A stretch of 63,321 nt of DNA from an uncultured Bacilli bacterium (GTDB lineage: Bacteria > Bacillota_I > Bacilli_A > RF39 > UBA660). The stretch covers positions 1 through 63,321 of the forward strand of contig CANQSO010000001.1 of assembly GCA_947626535.1 (NCBI GenBank), in the 5' to 3' direction. The notes below the pieces were generated by a model. It was not told the origin of the DNA, did no database searches, and saw nothing but the letters and a program-made list of their open reading frames with translations. Shown in pieces: positions 55,763 through 63,321 of this stretch (position 1 is the first letter of the stretch; the number at the start of each line of letters is the position of its first letter). Position numbers and translations under genes: made by a program.

Positions 55763-55897
55763 TAAGTGCCTGTTCATGGCCGGCATCACCGCTTTTTTAA
55801 GTTCCTGTCATAGTCGGGATCACTAGCTTTTTTAAATGTCATTCATAAAATGACAATACTATTATATGCATTATCTGCACAACTTAATCACTTAAGT
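55735..55897 (-). ncRNA. Candidate ~160-nt small RNA
   Basis: Bounded by the TTGACG-17-TATACT promoter (55904-55932, minus strand) and the terminator at 55732-55762. Locally GC-rich and contains three 35-nt units. I found no ORF with an RBS by hand. Confidence 0.3.
55757..55861. repeat. Three tandem 35-nt repeats
   Basis: Units start with CTTTTTTAA at 55757, 55792 and 55827, and each contains a short hairpin. Confidence 0.7.
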
Positions 55898-55903
55898 AAC
55901 TGT

Positions 55904-55932
55904 AGTATACATCATTTATTTTTAAACGTCAA
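55904..55932 (-). promoter_or_regulatory. Promoter (minus strand)
   Basis: On the minus strand TTGACG(55932-55927)-17 nt-TATACT(55909-55904). Confidence 0.45.
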
Positions 55933-55959
55933 GCAATTCGTACTTATTTATATACTTTG

Positions 55960-56058
55960 TTAAGAACAATGTCTAGAAATATTAAGAAGTATTCCAATAC
56001 TAGCCATACTCACAAGTAAAAAAGAACTGGCATAACTAAGAAAATGAAGCATAATTCA
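55960..56058 (-). pseudogene. Degenerate copy of a SEDS-protein C-terminal coding fragment
   Basis: Minus-strand translation is [31 protein letters not shown]. Confidence 0.5.
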
Positions 56059-56114
56059 ATAACATCGCAAATATAACTGACTTTATAGGTGATGCTTACA
56101 AAATAATTGAATAA

Positions 56115-57005
56115 TTATTCTATAATTGTAAGTACATATTTTATTAAACTATTTTTTACTATTTTATCTTCTAATTTATTAATTGAAAAAATTTTATTAC
56201 CTGCATAATTAATAGATGCTCCACAATGATAAATTTCTTTTTGGTCTAATATAATGTACCTATCGTGAAAATCATTGTTATAAACTACTTTTAAATTTTT
56301 ATATTGTTTTTGATATTTATCTATATCTATTTTTTTTAACAGACAATTACTTTTACATATTATAGTTACATTAAGTTTTAAATTTCTTATCATATCTAAA
56401 ACATTTTTATCCGCATAGTTATCAATAATAATTATGTTATTATGAGCTTCGTTTAAAATATCAACTATTTTCGAATAAGCATCATATATTTGTCCATTAA
56501 AATAGATTTCATTATCTTTTATATTTTCTTCAAATTTATTAAAAGACAGTTGTAACAATTTGATATCTTCCTCATGTTTTATTACTAAATTGTTAATATA
56601 TTTTTGTTCAATTAGTTCATTAGAAATATATTTTCGCATTATTACAAAAGCATGCATAATGCTAACGCTTACTTTTGCAGCAACTGGAGTTCTTAAAACA
56701 CTTGCTAACATCGCAACTCCTTGTTCTGTAAAGACATATGGATTTTTTCTAACGCCACCATATCCATTTAAACTTGAAGTCCCAATTTGTGACTTCAAGT
56801 TTAAAAATTCTTCGTTGGTTAATTGAAAATAAAAATCTTCAGGAAACCTATCAATATTTCTTTTTACAGACTGATTAATTGCTTTAGTACCATTTACACA
56901 TTTATAAAGTTTTGCTAAATCAGAGTCTAGCATTACCTGTTTTCCTCTTACTTCATAAATCATATTTTCAATCTTTTCTTCTTTAACTAATATATTTGTG
57001 TTCAT
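56115..57005 (-). CDS. ORF6N-domain DNA-binding protein
   Basis: VRGKQVMLDSDLAKLY...VKRNIDRFPEDFYFQLTNEEF is the ORF6N signature. Start refined to MNTNILV. Confidence 0.8.
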   Translation of the reverse strand: MNTNILVKEEKIENMIYEVRGKQVMLDSDLAKLYKCVNGTKAINQSVKRNIDRFPEDFYFQLTNEEFLNLKSQIGTSSLNGYGGVRKNPYVFTEQGVAMLASVLRTPVAAKVSVSIMHAFVIMRKYISNELIEQKYINNLVIKHEEDIKLLQLSFNKFEENIKDNEIYFNGQIYDAYSKIVDILNEAHNNIIIIDNYADKNVLDMIRNLKLNVTIICKSNCLLKKIDIDKYQKQYKNLKVVYNNDFHDRYIILDQKEIYHCGASINYAGNKIFSINKLEDKIVKNSLIKYVLTIIE

Positions 57006-57040
57006 ATAAAAATTCCCCACTTACTTTGCTTGTAACCAAC

Positions 57041-57069
57041 AATATACCAAGTATTTGTTGCTGTGTCAA
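57041..57069 (-). promoter_or_regulatory. Promoter of the ORF6N gene (minus strand)
   Basis: TTGACA(57069-57064)-17 nt-TATATT(57046-57041). Confidence 0.5.
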
Positions 57070-57096
57070 GCATTTTGTACTTATTTATATACTTTG

Positions 57097-57195
57097 TTAA
57101 GAACAATGCCTAGAAATATTAAGAAGTATTCCAATACTAGCCATACTCACAAGTAAAGAAGAGCCGCCATAACTAAGGAAAGGAAGCGTAATTCC
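57097..57195 (-). pseudogene. 3'-terminal fragment of a SEDS (FtsW/RodA/SpoVE) gene
   Basis: Minus-strand translation is [32 protein letters not shown]. Upstream of it the frame loses all SEDS similarity. Confidence 0.6.
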
Positions 57196-57264
57196 CTTTG
57201 CCCTTTTAGAGTTATAAAAAAATATAGGGTTGCCTGTACTTTTGTTATAACCCTTAGGACAAAA

Positions 57265-58878
57265 TTATCTTAAATTACTAGCAATATATTCTAATTCTTT
57301 AAACTTAAAATATACTTCAACTTCTTTAGAATCACCTTTATCATATACAACAATTTTATCAATTAAATTTTTAACTGTACTCCTTGATGGAGTTTTTAAT
57401 TTCATAAAATCTTCTATTGCCTTACGACATTTTGTAAATTCTTTTTCTTTTGATTTATCTGCAAATATATTTAATCTATTCTCAATATTTCCTTTTTCTA
57501 TCTTTAATTGTTGTAATTCTTTTTCGTGATTATCTGATAAGTTTTTATATACATCAGTAGAGATAACACCCTCAAGTTTATCATTATATAAATTAGATAT
57601 TATATTAATTTTCTTTTCTATCTTTTTATTAATTTCTTGCAATTTATTTTCCATTTCTTCTATATCTTTATTATAAATATAGACAGAATCTTCAACTAAA
57701 TTTCTTAAATCATAGTGTTTTATAAATTCCTCACCAATTTCATTAAGAAATTCTATAATATCTTTTTCTAATAGATGATAATTTAATCTATTGGGAGTAC
57801 ATCCACTTACTTTGCCTTTTCTTAAATAATGATTACAATGAGTATATAATGATGGTGCTGATTTTGTCTTTTTAACACTTACTCCTAAAGTATGATTGCA
57901 TTTACCACAAAACATTATGCCAGAAAGTAAAAATCTATCAAAATTTTTTTCAGTTGGTGTATAACTTTTATCTTTTAACATTTTTTGTACTGTATCAAAA
58001 TCTTCTTTGCTGATTATTGGATCGTGAGTATTTTCTACTATAATATATTCTTCTTCTTTTATATGCCTACATTTTTTTTGATTATAACTTATTTTTTCGT
58101 GAGTATGTTGCACCATATTGCCAATATACATTTGACTTTTTAAAATATTTCTTACAGTAGAGTTCTTCCAAACACCAAATCCATCATTTTCAGTAACCAG
58201 TAAACCTCTAGGTTCTTTTTTGTAAACAATAGGAATAGCAATTTTTTCATCTGTTAATTTTCTGCATATTTTGGTAACACCTAAACCCTCTAAATACAGA
58301 TCATAAATTAATTTGACTATTTTACTTGCTTCTGGATCTATTATTAATTTATGTTTATCATTAGGATCTTTCATATAACCATAACATGGAAAACTACCAA
58401 TATATTCTCCTTTTTCTTGTTTTACTCTAAAAGAAGAACGAACTTTTTTAGAAACATCTCTTAAATATAAATCATTAACACCTAATCTAAGACCTAACAT
58501 GGAGTCCCCAATATTAGAATCGTAGGAATCATTAATAGCAATATATCTAATATTATGTTCTAAAAAATATTCTTCAATGTATTTTCCAGTCTTATACATT
58601 TCACGACCAAGTCTTGATAGATCTTTTGTAATAACACAATTAATAATTCCATTTTCTATATCTTCTATCATTTGTTTAAATGCTGGTCTATCAAAATTAC
58701 CACCAGAATATCCATCATCAACATATTCTTTAACAATGTTTAAATTATTATGTTTAGCAAATCCCTCATTAATCATTCTTTGACTTTGAATTGAAGAAGA
58801 TTCATCATTATTATTAATATCTTCCTTAGATAATCTTAAATAATCACCACAATTATAGATTTTATTATTGTTTCCCAT
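57265..58878 (-). CDS. Large serine recombinase
   Basis: YLRLSKED...SIQSQR, DDGYSGGNFDRPAF and KDLSRLGR, plus a recombinase domain, a Cys-rich zinc ribbon and a coiled coil. Confidence 0.92.
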   Translation of the reverse strand: MGNNNKIYNCGDYLRLSKEDINNNDESSSIQSQRMINEGFAKHNNLNIVKEYVDDGYSGGNFDRPAFKQMIEDIENGIINCVITKDLSRLGREMYKTGKYIEEYFLEHNIRYIAINDSYDSNIGDSMLGLRLGVNDLYLRDVSKKVRSSFRVKQEKGEYIGSFPCYGYMKDPNDKHKLIIDPEASKIVKLIYDLYLEGLGVTKICRKLTDEKIAIPIVYKKEPRGLLVTENDGFGVWKNSTVRNILKSQMYIGNMVQHTHEKISYNQKKCRHIKEEEYIIVENTHDPIISKEDFDTVQKMLKDKSYTPTEKNFDRFLLSGIMFCGKCNHTLGVSVKKTKSAPSLYTHCNHYLRKGKVSGCTPNRLNYHLLEKDIIEFLNEIGEEFIKHYDLRNLVEDSVYIYNKDIEEMENKLQEINKKIEKKINIISNLYNDKLEGVISTDVYKNLSDNHEKELQQLKIEKGNIENRLNIFADKSKEKEFTKCRKAIEDFMKLKTPSRSTVKNLIDKIVVYDKGDSKEVEVYFKFKELEYIASNLR

Positions 58879-58920
58879 TATTTACTTAACCTCCTTATTA
58901 TAAGGGAAACACTTGGGAAT

Positions 58921-59166
58921 CTACGCTTGAATGATAGCATCATTTTTAAATTTTTGCAACTCATTTTTTCCTCCAGTTAGGATTTGCTCATTTCTTATTT
59001 CACTACGATAACATTGTTCCAAAATATCTTTTAATTTTTTACCATTTTCATTAAAACAAAAAGTAAATTTTACTAGTTTATTACCATATTGTCTTATCAT
59101 AGGATCACCCATTTTAAGATTATGATTATCAGTTCCATTTAATGATATAGAAACAAAATTAGACAT
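58921..59166 (-). CDS. Hypothetical protein
   Basis: 81-aa ORF overlapping the stop of the coupling-protein gene. Confidence 0.5.
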   Translation of the reverse strand: MSNFVSISLNGTDNHNLKMGDPMIRQYGNKLVKFTFCFNENGKKLKDILEQCYRSEIRNEQILTGGKNELQKFKNDAIIQA

Positions 59167-61189
59167 TAGTTTTATTTCCTTTCTCTAATGTTAAATCTTG
59201 TTCTAAAGGACTTTTTAAATGTATTTCAATAGTAGATTTAGTATTATTGCCATTATCTATTTCTATATGATATATATCTTTATTTATTTTTCCTTTTATA
59301 AATGTTAATTCTTTAGTATTAAGTGGCTTAGACAATTCAAAACTAGCATAAGTTCTATTATTATTTTCTTTAAATTCAAATAAAGATATTTTATTTTTTA
59401 ATTGTTCTTGTACTATTTCAACTATATTTTTTAATTTTTCTTGTTCTTGTTCCTTAAATAAATCATATTCTGATATTTCTGGCTTTTCAATAAACTTATC
59501 ATTTCTATTTCTATAAAGTCTATCATATTTAGTTTTAATATCTTCTACTGTAAAGTAGGTACTACTTAAATCAACTAATGGAGTTACAATTCTTTCTAGT
59601 TCACCACTAGAATAACATGATAGTTTTTTATAGATAACAGTATCCCTAAAAATTGGATAACCTATGTTGGGGAATATAATTGTTTTATAATGAAGATTTT
59701 TAACTTCATCTGGAGTAAGTAAATCACGAGCAATTAAAGAAGTAGATTTATTACCATTATAATTAGTTAAACTAACTGACTGACTAATAGAGTTAGATTC
59801 TATTGTTTTTTTACCTAATCTTTTACTAATTGCCTCAGCAGTATCCATCGTATTAGTTTTTAAATAAGCAAGTCCAGAGTTATCAAGAATAATTTGGGCT
59901 ACCTCTTTACCATAAACATTATCTAATTGACTTAAAGACTGAATAAATAAGTGGTATCTTAGTCCACGAGATCTAGCAACACTAATAATTGATTCTATAC
60001 TTGGCTCTACTAAGGGTGGGCAATTTGAAAATTCATCACAGATCCAGTCTATCTCAATAGGACACTTTTTATTATCATTGCTATTAGCAAGTTTTACTAA
60101 TTCTTTATATAACAAACCTAAAATAATTGTAACTAAAGTATAGTAAATTTTATCTTCATCTGGAACTATAACAAATAAAGCAGACTTTTCTTTACCTAAA
60201 ATATCAAAATCAAAATCTGACTTACTAGTAACATTAGCAACATTTACATCATCAAATATTGCCATTTTTTCTGAAAAAACACTAGTAATAGATTTATATG
60301 TATTTTCACTAGAAGAAAGAATAGGAATTAAACTATCTTTAGATTTAGTACCATAGGGCTTCTGTTCTATGTATAACTTAAACTTTTTAGAATTTTTTTC
60401 TTCCATTGTGGAGTTTTGAAATTTACGAATGGAAGTCATAGTTATTTGCTCACGAATAATTTTACCATCTTTATATTCTTCTAGGAAAAAACCTATTAAA
60501 CCCTCAAGTAAATTCTTAGCACTATTATTCCAAAATGGATCTTTACCTTGTGTCTTATCATAGGTAATCATTGATGCTAAAGAAGTAATTAATCTATTAG
60601 TTTCTGCATAACTAGAAATAGATTTATTTTGAAAATCTAATTTTTCTTGCTCATCAGTAGCAGAATTACTTAATCTTTCATATTCAATATACTTTTCATA
60701 TTCACATATAATTGGCTCTAAAATATTAATATGATTAGATAATTCTGGATGTCTAAAATCTATTGTTAAAACTTTATAACCTTTATCATGTAACATTTTA
60801 GAAGTAGTATGATATATTTCACCTTTAGGATCTGTTACAAATATACTTCTTGGCTTTTTAGCATTAGCAATAAATGTTACCATATTAATAACACAAGTAA
60901 CACTTTTACCAGATCCACTAGATCCTAAATAAACATAGTGGGGAGTTTCTTTATCAAACCATACATGATTAACTTTTTTATCATAATAAACTGGAAAACC
61001 AACATCATGAATATTAGAAATTCTTTCTTTAACAAAATGTTTATTTATTTCTGATAAAGTAGAAAATCTTGCTGATCCATATTCATTATTATTTTTAATT
61101 TTATGTTTAGAAATTATTGGCTCTATATATATAAAACAAATAATAAAGACAATTAAAATTAACAATAAAGTAATAAGGGGCAAACTCAT
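59159..61189 (-). CDS. Type IV coupling protein (VirD4/TraG family), paralogue of 43637-45613
   Basis: Walker A LGSSGSGKSV and Walker B WICDEFSN. Colinear similarity to the ICE copy along the whole length. Confidence 0.9.
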   Translation of the reverse strand: MSLPLITLLLILIVFIICFIYIEPIISKHKIKNNNEYGSARFSTLSEINKHFVKERISNIHDVGFPVYYDKKVNHVWFDKETPHYVYLGSSGSGKSVTCVINMVTFIANAKKPRSIFVTDPKGEIYHTTSKMLHDKGYKVLTIDFRHPELSNHINILEPIICEYEKYIEYERLSNSATDEQEKLDFQNKSISSYAETNRLITSLASMITYDKTQGKDPFWNNSAKNLLEGLIGFFLEEYKDGKIIREQITMTSIRKFQNSTMEEKNSKKFKLYIEQKPYGTKSKDSLIPILSSSENTYKSITSVFSEKMAIFDDVNVANVTSKSDFDFDILGKEKSALFVIVPDEDKIYYTLVTIILGLLYKELVKLANSNDNKKCPIEIDWICDEFSNCPPLVEPSIESIISVARSRGLRYHLFIQSLSQLDNVYGKEVAQIILDNSGLAYLKTNTMDTAEAISKRLGKKTIESNSISQSVSLTNYNGNKSTSLIARDLLTPDEVKNLHYKTIIFPNIGYPIFRDTVIYKKLSCYSSGELERIVTPLVDLSSTYFTVEDIKTKYDRLYRNRNDKFIEKPEISEYDLFKEQEQEKLKNIVEIVQEQLKNKISLFEFKENNNRTYASFELSKPLNTKELTFIKGKINKDIYHIEIDNGNNTKSTIEIHLKSPLEQDLTLEKGNKTNV

Positions 61190-61207
61190 AAGATGCCCCT
61201 CACTAAA

Positions 61208-61444
61208 TTATTGCTGTAAATCATAATCCTCCTTAGAGTCTTTTTCTTTTTCTGGATCACAATATAAATCAATAAACATATCAAAATCTATTTTAGATAA
61301 ATCTAAATTAATTTCCTTATTTCCATAGTATTGTTTTATATTTAAAACTGTATCAGTCTTAAAACTAAATTCTTTAGATGAATTTAAAATTGTTTGTAAA
61401 TCCTCATATTTTTCTTCTATATTATTCATATTCATAATCACCAT
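61208..61444 (-). CDS. Small acidic hypothetical protein
   Basis: 78-aa ORF. Confidence 0.5.
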   Translation of the reverse strand: MVIMNMNNIEEKYEDLQTILNSSKEFSFKTDTVLNIKQYYGNKEINLDLSKIDFDMFIDLYCDPEKEKDSKEDYDLQQ

Positions 61445-61790
61445 CCTTATTTTTATCTAAATCATAAATAATAGTATCAATAATATTATTTATATCTATA
61501 TTAGTAATATTTTTAAAATTACCATATCCATCTTTTATTAAATAATAGCAATTAGTATCTTTAACATCCTCAAGCATATATTTAATTTTTTCCCAACCAA
61601 ATTTATCAATATCATTTCTTATAATATCTCTAATACCATTGTCATCATAAATATCATCTGTATATTCGTATAAGTCATTTTGATAAATATAGTCCATAAA
61701 GTCATTAATCTTAGTATATGGAAGTTCATTATCAGAACTTATCTTAAATTTTAGTAATTCTTCTTTATTCAATGTCATAATCTTTTTCAT
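61422..61790 (-). CDS. Acidic hypothetical protein
   Basis: 122-aa ORF. Confidence 0.55.
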   Translation of the reverse strand: MKKIMTLNKEELLKFKISSDNELPYTKINDFMDYIYQNDLYEYTDDIYDDNGIRDIIRNDIDKFGWEKIKYMLEDVKDTNCYYLIKDGYGNFKNITNIDINNIIDTIIYDLDKNKDGDYEYE

Positions 61791-62217
61791 TTTCCTTTTC
61801 TAAAATTTCTTTTCTAGCAAGTTCTAATCCATGTTTTAAAGTAGGGCTTTCCATTACCTGATCGTAAGTTAATTCTAAAGCATCTAAAGTATCTTCTAAG
61901 TCATGAGTATAACCATATTCATGATTTTCAAGTTCATATAAAAACATATCTTTAATGTAACCCTCACCAGTTTTATCTTGTTCTATTAAATCTTTCTCTT
62001 CTTTTCTGATTTCATCCCACATTTTATTATATTCTTCTAAATCAGTTTTTCTTATATATCCACCCGCACCAATAGAATATATCTTATCAGTATCAGTTTC
62101 TTTTAATCCCCATTTTTCCATCATATTTTTAAATTGATTATTACTAAAGGCAAAGCCTAATGGAAAATCATCAACTCTTTTTTGATGTTTGTTGTTTATT
62201 TCTTCATATTTATTCAT
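61765..62217 (-). CDS. Hypothetical protein
   Basis: 150-aa ORF. Confidence 0.55.
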   Translation of the reverse strand: MNKYEEINNKHQKRVDDFPLGFAFSNNQFKNMMEKWGLKETDTDKIYSIGAGGYIRKTDLEEYNKMWDEIRKEEKDLIEQDKTGEGYIKDMFLYELENHEYGYTHDLEDTLDALELTYDQVMESPTLKHGLELARKEILEKENEKDYDIE

Positions 62218-62930
62218 TTAATATCATCCTCCTCGTTAATTTCCGATATTCTTTTTAAAGCAATATCATAATATTTTTTATTTATTTCAAATCCTATATA
62301 ATTTCTATTTTCTAAAATACAAGCAACAGCAGTTGTACCACTACCTAAAAAGCAGTCTAAAACTATATCTTTTTCTTTAGAACTGTTCCTTATCATTTTT
62401 CTAATTAATTCTAAAGGCTTTATAGTTGGATGTTCATATAACTTTTTATCTTCCACATTTGCTTTTGAAATATAAACAGTTTTAGCATCTTCATAATTTT
62501 TAGGTTTACAGTAACCACCATTACGAAAATATAAGCAATATTCTTTATCATTCATATATTTATTACTATATAATGGCATAGGGTTAGTCTTATTCCAAAT
62601 AACAACCTCTAACTTGCATTTTAATTGTAAATTAAAATATTTAATATACATAGGTATCTGTCTAGCATTACACCAAATATAAATATTTATGTCTTTCATA
62701 ACTCTTACTAATTCATCTAGAACTTTAATATCAAAACTATTTACCAAATCATTATTAATTAATTCTTTTTCTAATTTCATTATATCTTTAGCAAGGTTAC
62801 CAGTTCCTTTTTTACCACCAGTAGTACATATATCATAAGGTGGATCAATTAAAACTAAATCAATAGATTTATCTGGTATTCTTTTAAGTCCAACTAAACA
62901 GTCCTCATTATATATTTTGTTTATTTCCAT
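62214..62930 (-). CDS. Beta-class N4/N6 DNA methyltransferase
   Basis: DPPY motif (LIDPPYDI) near the N-terminus and an AdoMet motif (DCFLGSGTTAVAC) near the C-terminus. Confidence 0.85.
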   Translation of the reverse strand: MEINKIYNEDCLVGLKRIPDKSIDLVLIDPPYDICTTGGKKGTGNLAKDIMKLEKELINNDLVNSFDIKVLDELVRVMKDINIYIWCNARQIPMYIKYFNLQLKCKLEVVIWNKTNPMPLYSNKYMNDKEYCLYFRNGGYCKPKNYEDAKTVYISKANVEDKKLYEHPTIKPLELIRKMIRNSSKEKDIVLDCFLGSGTTAVACILENRNYIGFEINKKYYDIALKRISEINEEDDIK

Positions 62931-63184
62931 TAACTAAGTTTCCTTTCAAATAAAAAGATAGGAAGTATATCCCATCTTTGCCTAGTTACATATCCATAAT
63001 CAATATTTAATATCTTACATATTCTATATATAAAAACACAATTAATTTTTTTAATTTTATTATTTTCTATCTTACTAAGAGTAGAGATAGAAATATTAGA
63101 TAATTTTGATAGTGTTTCTAAAGATAAATTTCTTTTTATTCTTTCTTTTTTCAATAAATTTCCTATTTTATTTATAGGCATCAT
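62930..63184 (-). CDS. XRE-type HTH protein
   Basis: RIKRNLSLETLSKLSNISISTLSKIENN. Confidence 0.6.
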   Translation of the reverse strand: MMPINKIGNLLKKERIKRNLSLETLSKLSNISISTLSKIENNKIKKINCVFIYRICKILNIDYGYVTRQRWDILPIFLFERKLS

Positions 63185-63321
63185 CCTCCTTTATATAATT
63201 TTATTGTATTAAAAAACAGATCACTTAATTTGATCTGTTCGATTAATTGTAATTTAGCGAATAGTAACTTAATTTTCTTTTTTATTAAACATATGGCGTA
63301 CTTTATCTATTCGATTATTTG

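Larger units (their letters stand above)
57196..63321 (-). mobile_element. Left end of a second conjugative element with a serine recombinase (partial, continues beyond the window)
   Basis: The recombinase gene ends ~60 bp from a truncated SEDS gene. Also carries a T4CP, a methylase and an HTH protein. Confidence 0.65.

Noticed and set aside
55757-55861. The three 35-nt repeats as a mini CRISPR array
   Set aside because: The units are directly adjacent with no spacers, they diverge strongly from each other, and there are no cas genes.
5733-58783. Other short ORFs from the track that lie inside or antisense to larger genes: 5733-5957, 10993-11178, 11442-11675, 19801-20016, 21369-21650, 21678-21872, 25466-25669, 26948-27160, 30703-30894, 32324-32512, 34191-34418, 42958-43350, 45787-45990, 46449-46646, 47207-47431, 47445-47627, 47787-47972, 50376-50588, 54510-54773, 56560-56826 and 58577-58783
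   Set aside because: Each is embedded in a longer ORF that has recognisable motifs or operon context. Their low-complexity Phe/Ile/Leu-rich translations are typical of AT-rich antisense frames, and no RBS was seen.

Overview
Visibly very AT-rich, Gram-positive (Firmicutes-like) DNA using the standard code, with TGA as a stop. No database search or computation was possible, and non-coding coordinates were hand-counted (+/- a few nt). The window holds three blocks. (1) 1-23.7 kb is an almost entirely co-directional accessory region. It carries an XRE regulator, an NT5C/nucleoside-hydrolase fusion, LysR, an MFS transporter, a HAD hydrolase, an HD-type nucleotidase, a NUDIX hydrolase and a Rossmann-fold protein. 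It also carries many orphan genes and an expanded family of four proteins built from 11-15 tandem 28-residue repeats that I cannot assign to a known family. I consider this family the best candidate for something undescribed. (2) 24.0-55.7 kb is a Gram-positive-type integrative conjugative element (ICE). It encodes a sigma-like regulator, a thioester (TQXA) adhesin with its sortase, an SSB-like protein, VirB6/VirB3/VirB4-like proteins and an M23 hydrolase. A candidate oriT, RHH proteins, a relaxase, a VirD4-type coupling protein, a 2106-aa methylase-SNF2 protein and xis plus a tyrosine integrase complete it. It ends at a 3' tRNA fragment that is a probable attR. Block 1 may be cargo of the same ICE, but no left end is visible. 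(3) 57.2-63.3 kb is the end of a second, oppositely oriented conjugative element, with a large serine recombinase, a second coupling protein, a beta-class DNA methylase and an HTH protein. It is inserted into the 3' end of a SEDS (FtsW/RodA-type) gene. The 1.5 kb between the two elements holds duplicated SEDS tails, an ORF6N gene and a promoter-to-terminator unit containing three 35-nt tandem repeats. No rRNA, complete tRNA or CRISPR array was seen.
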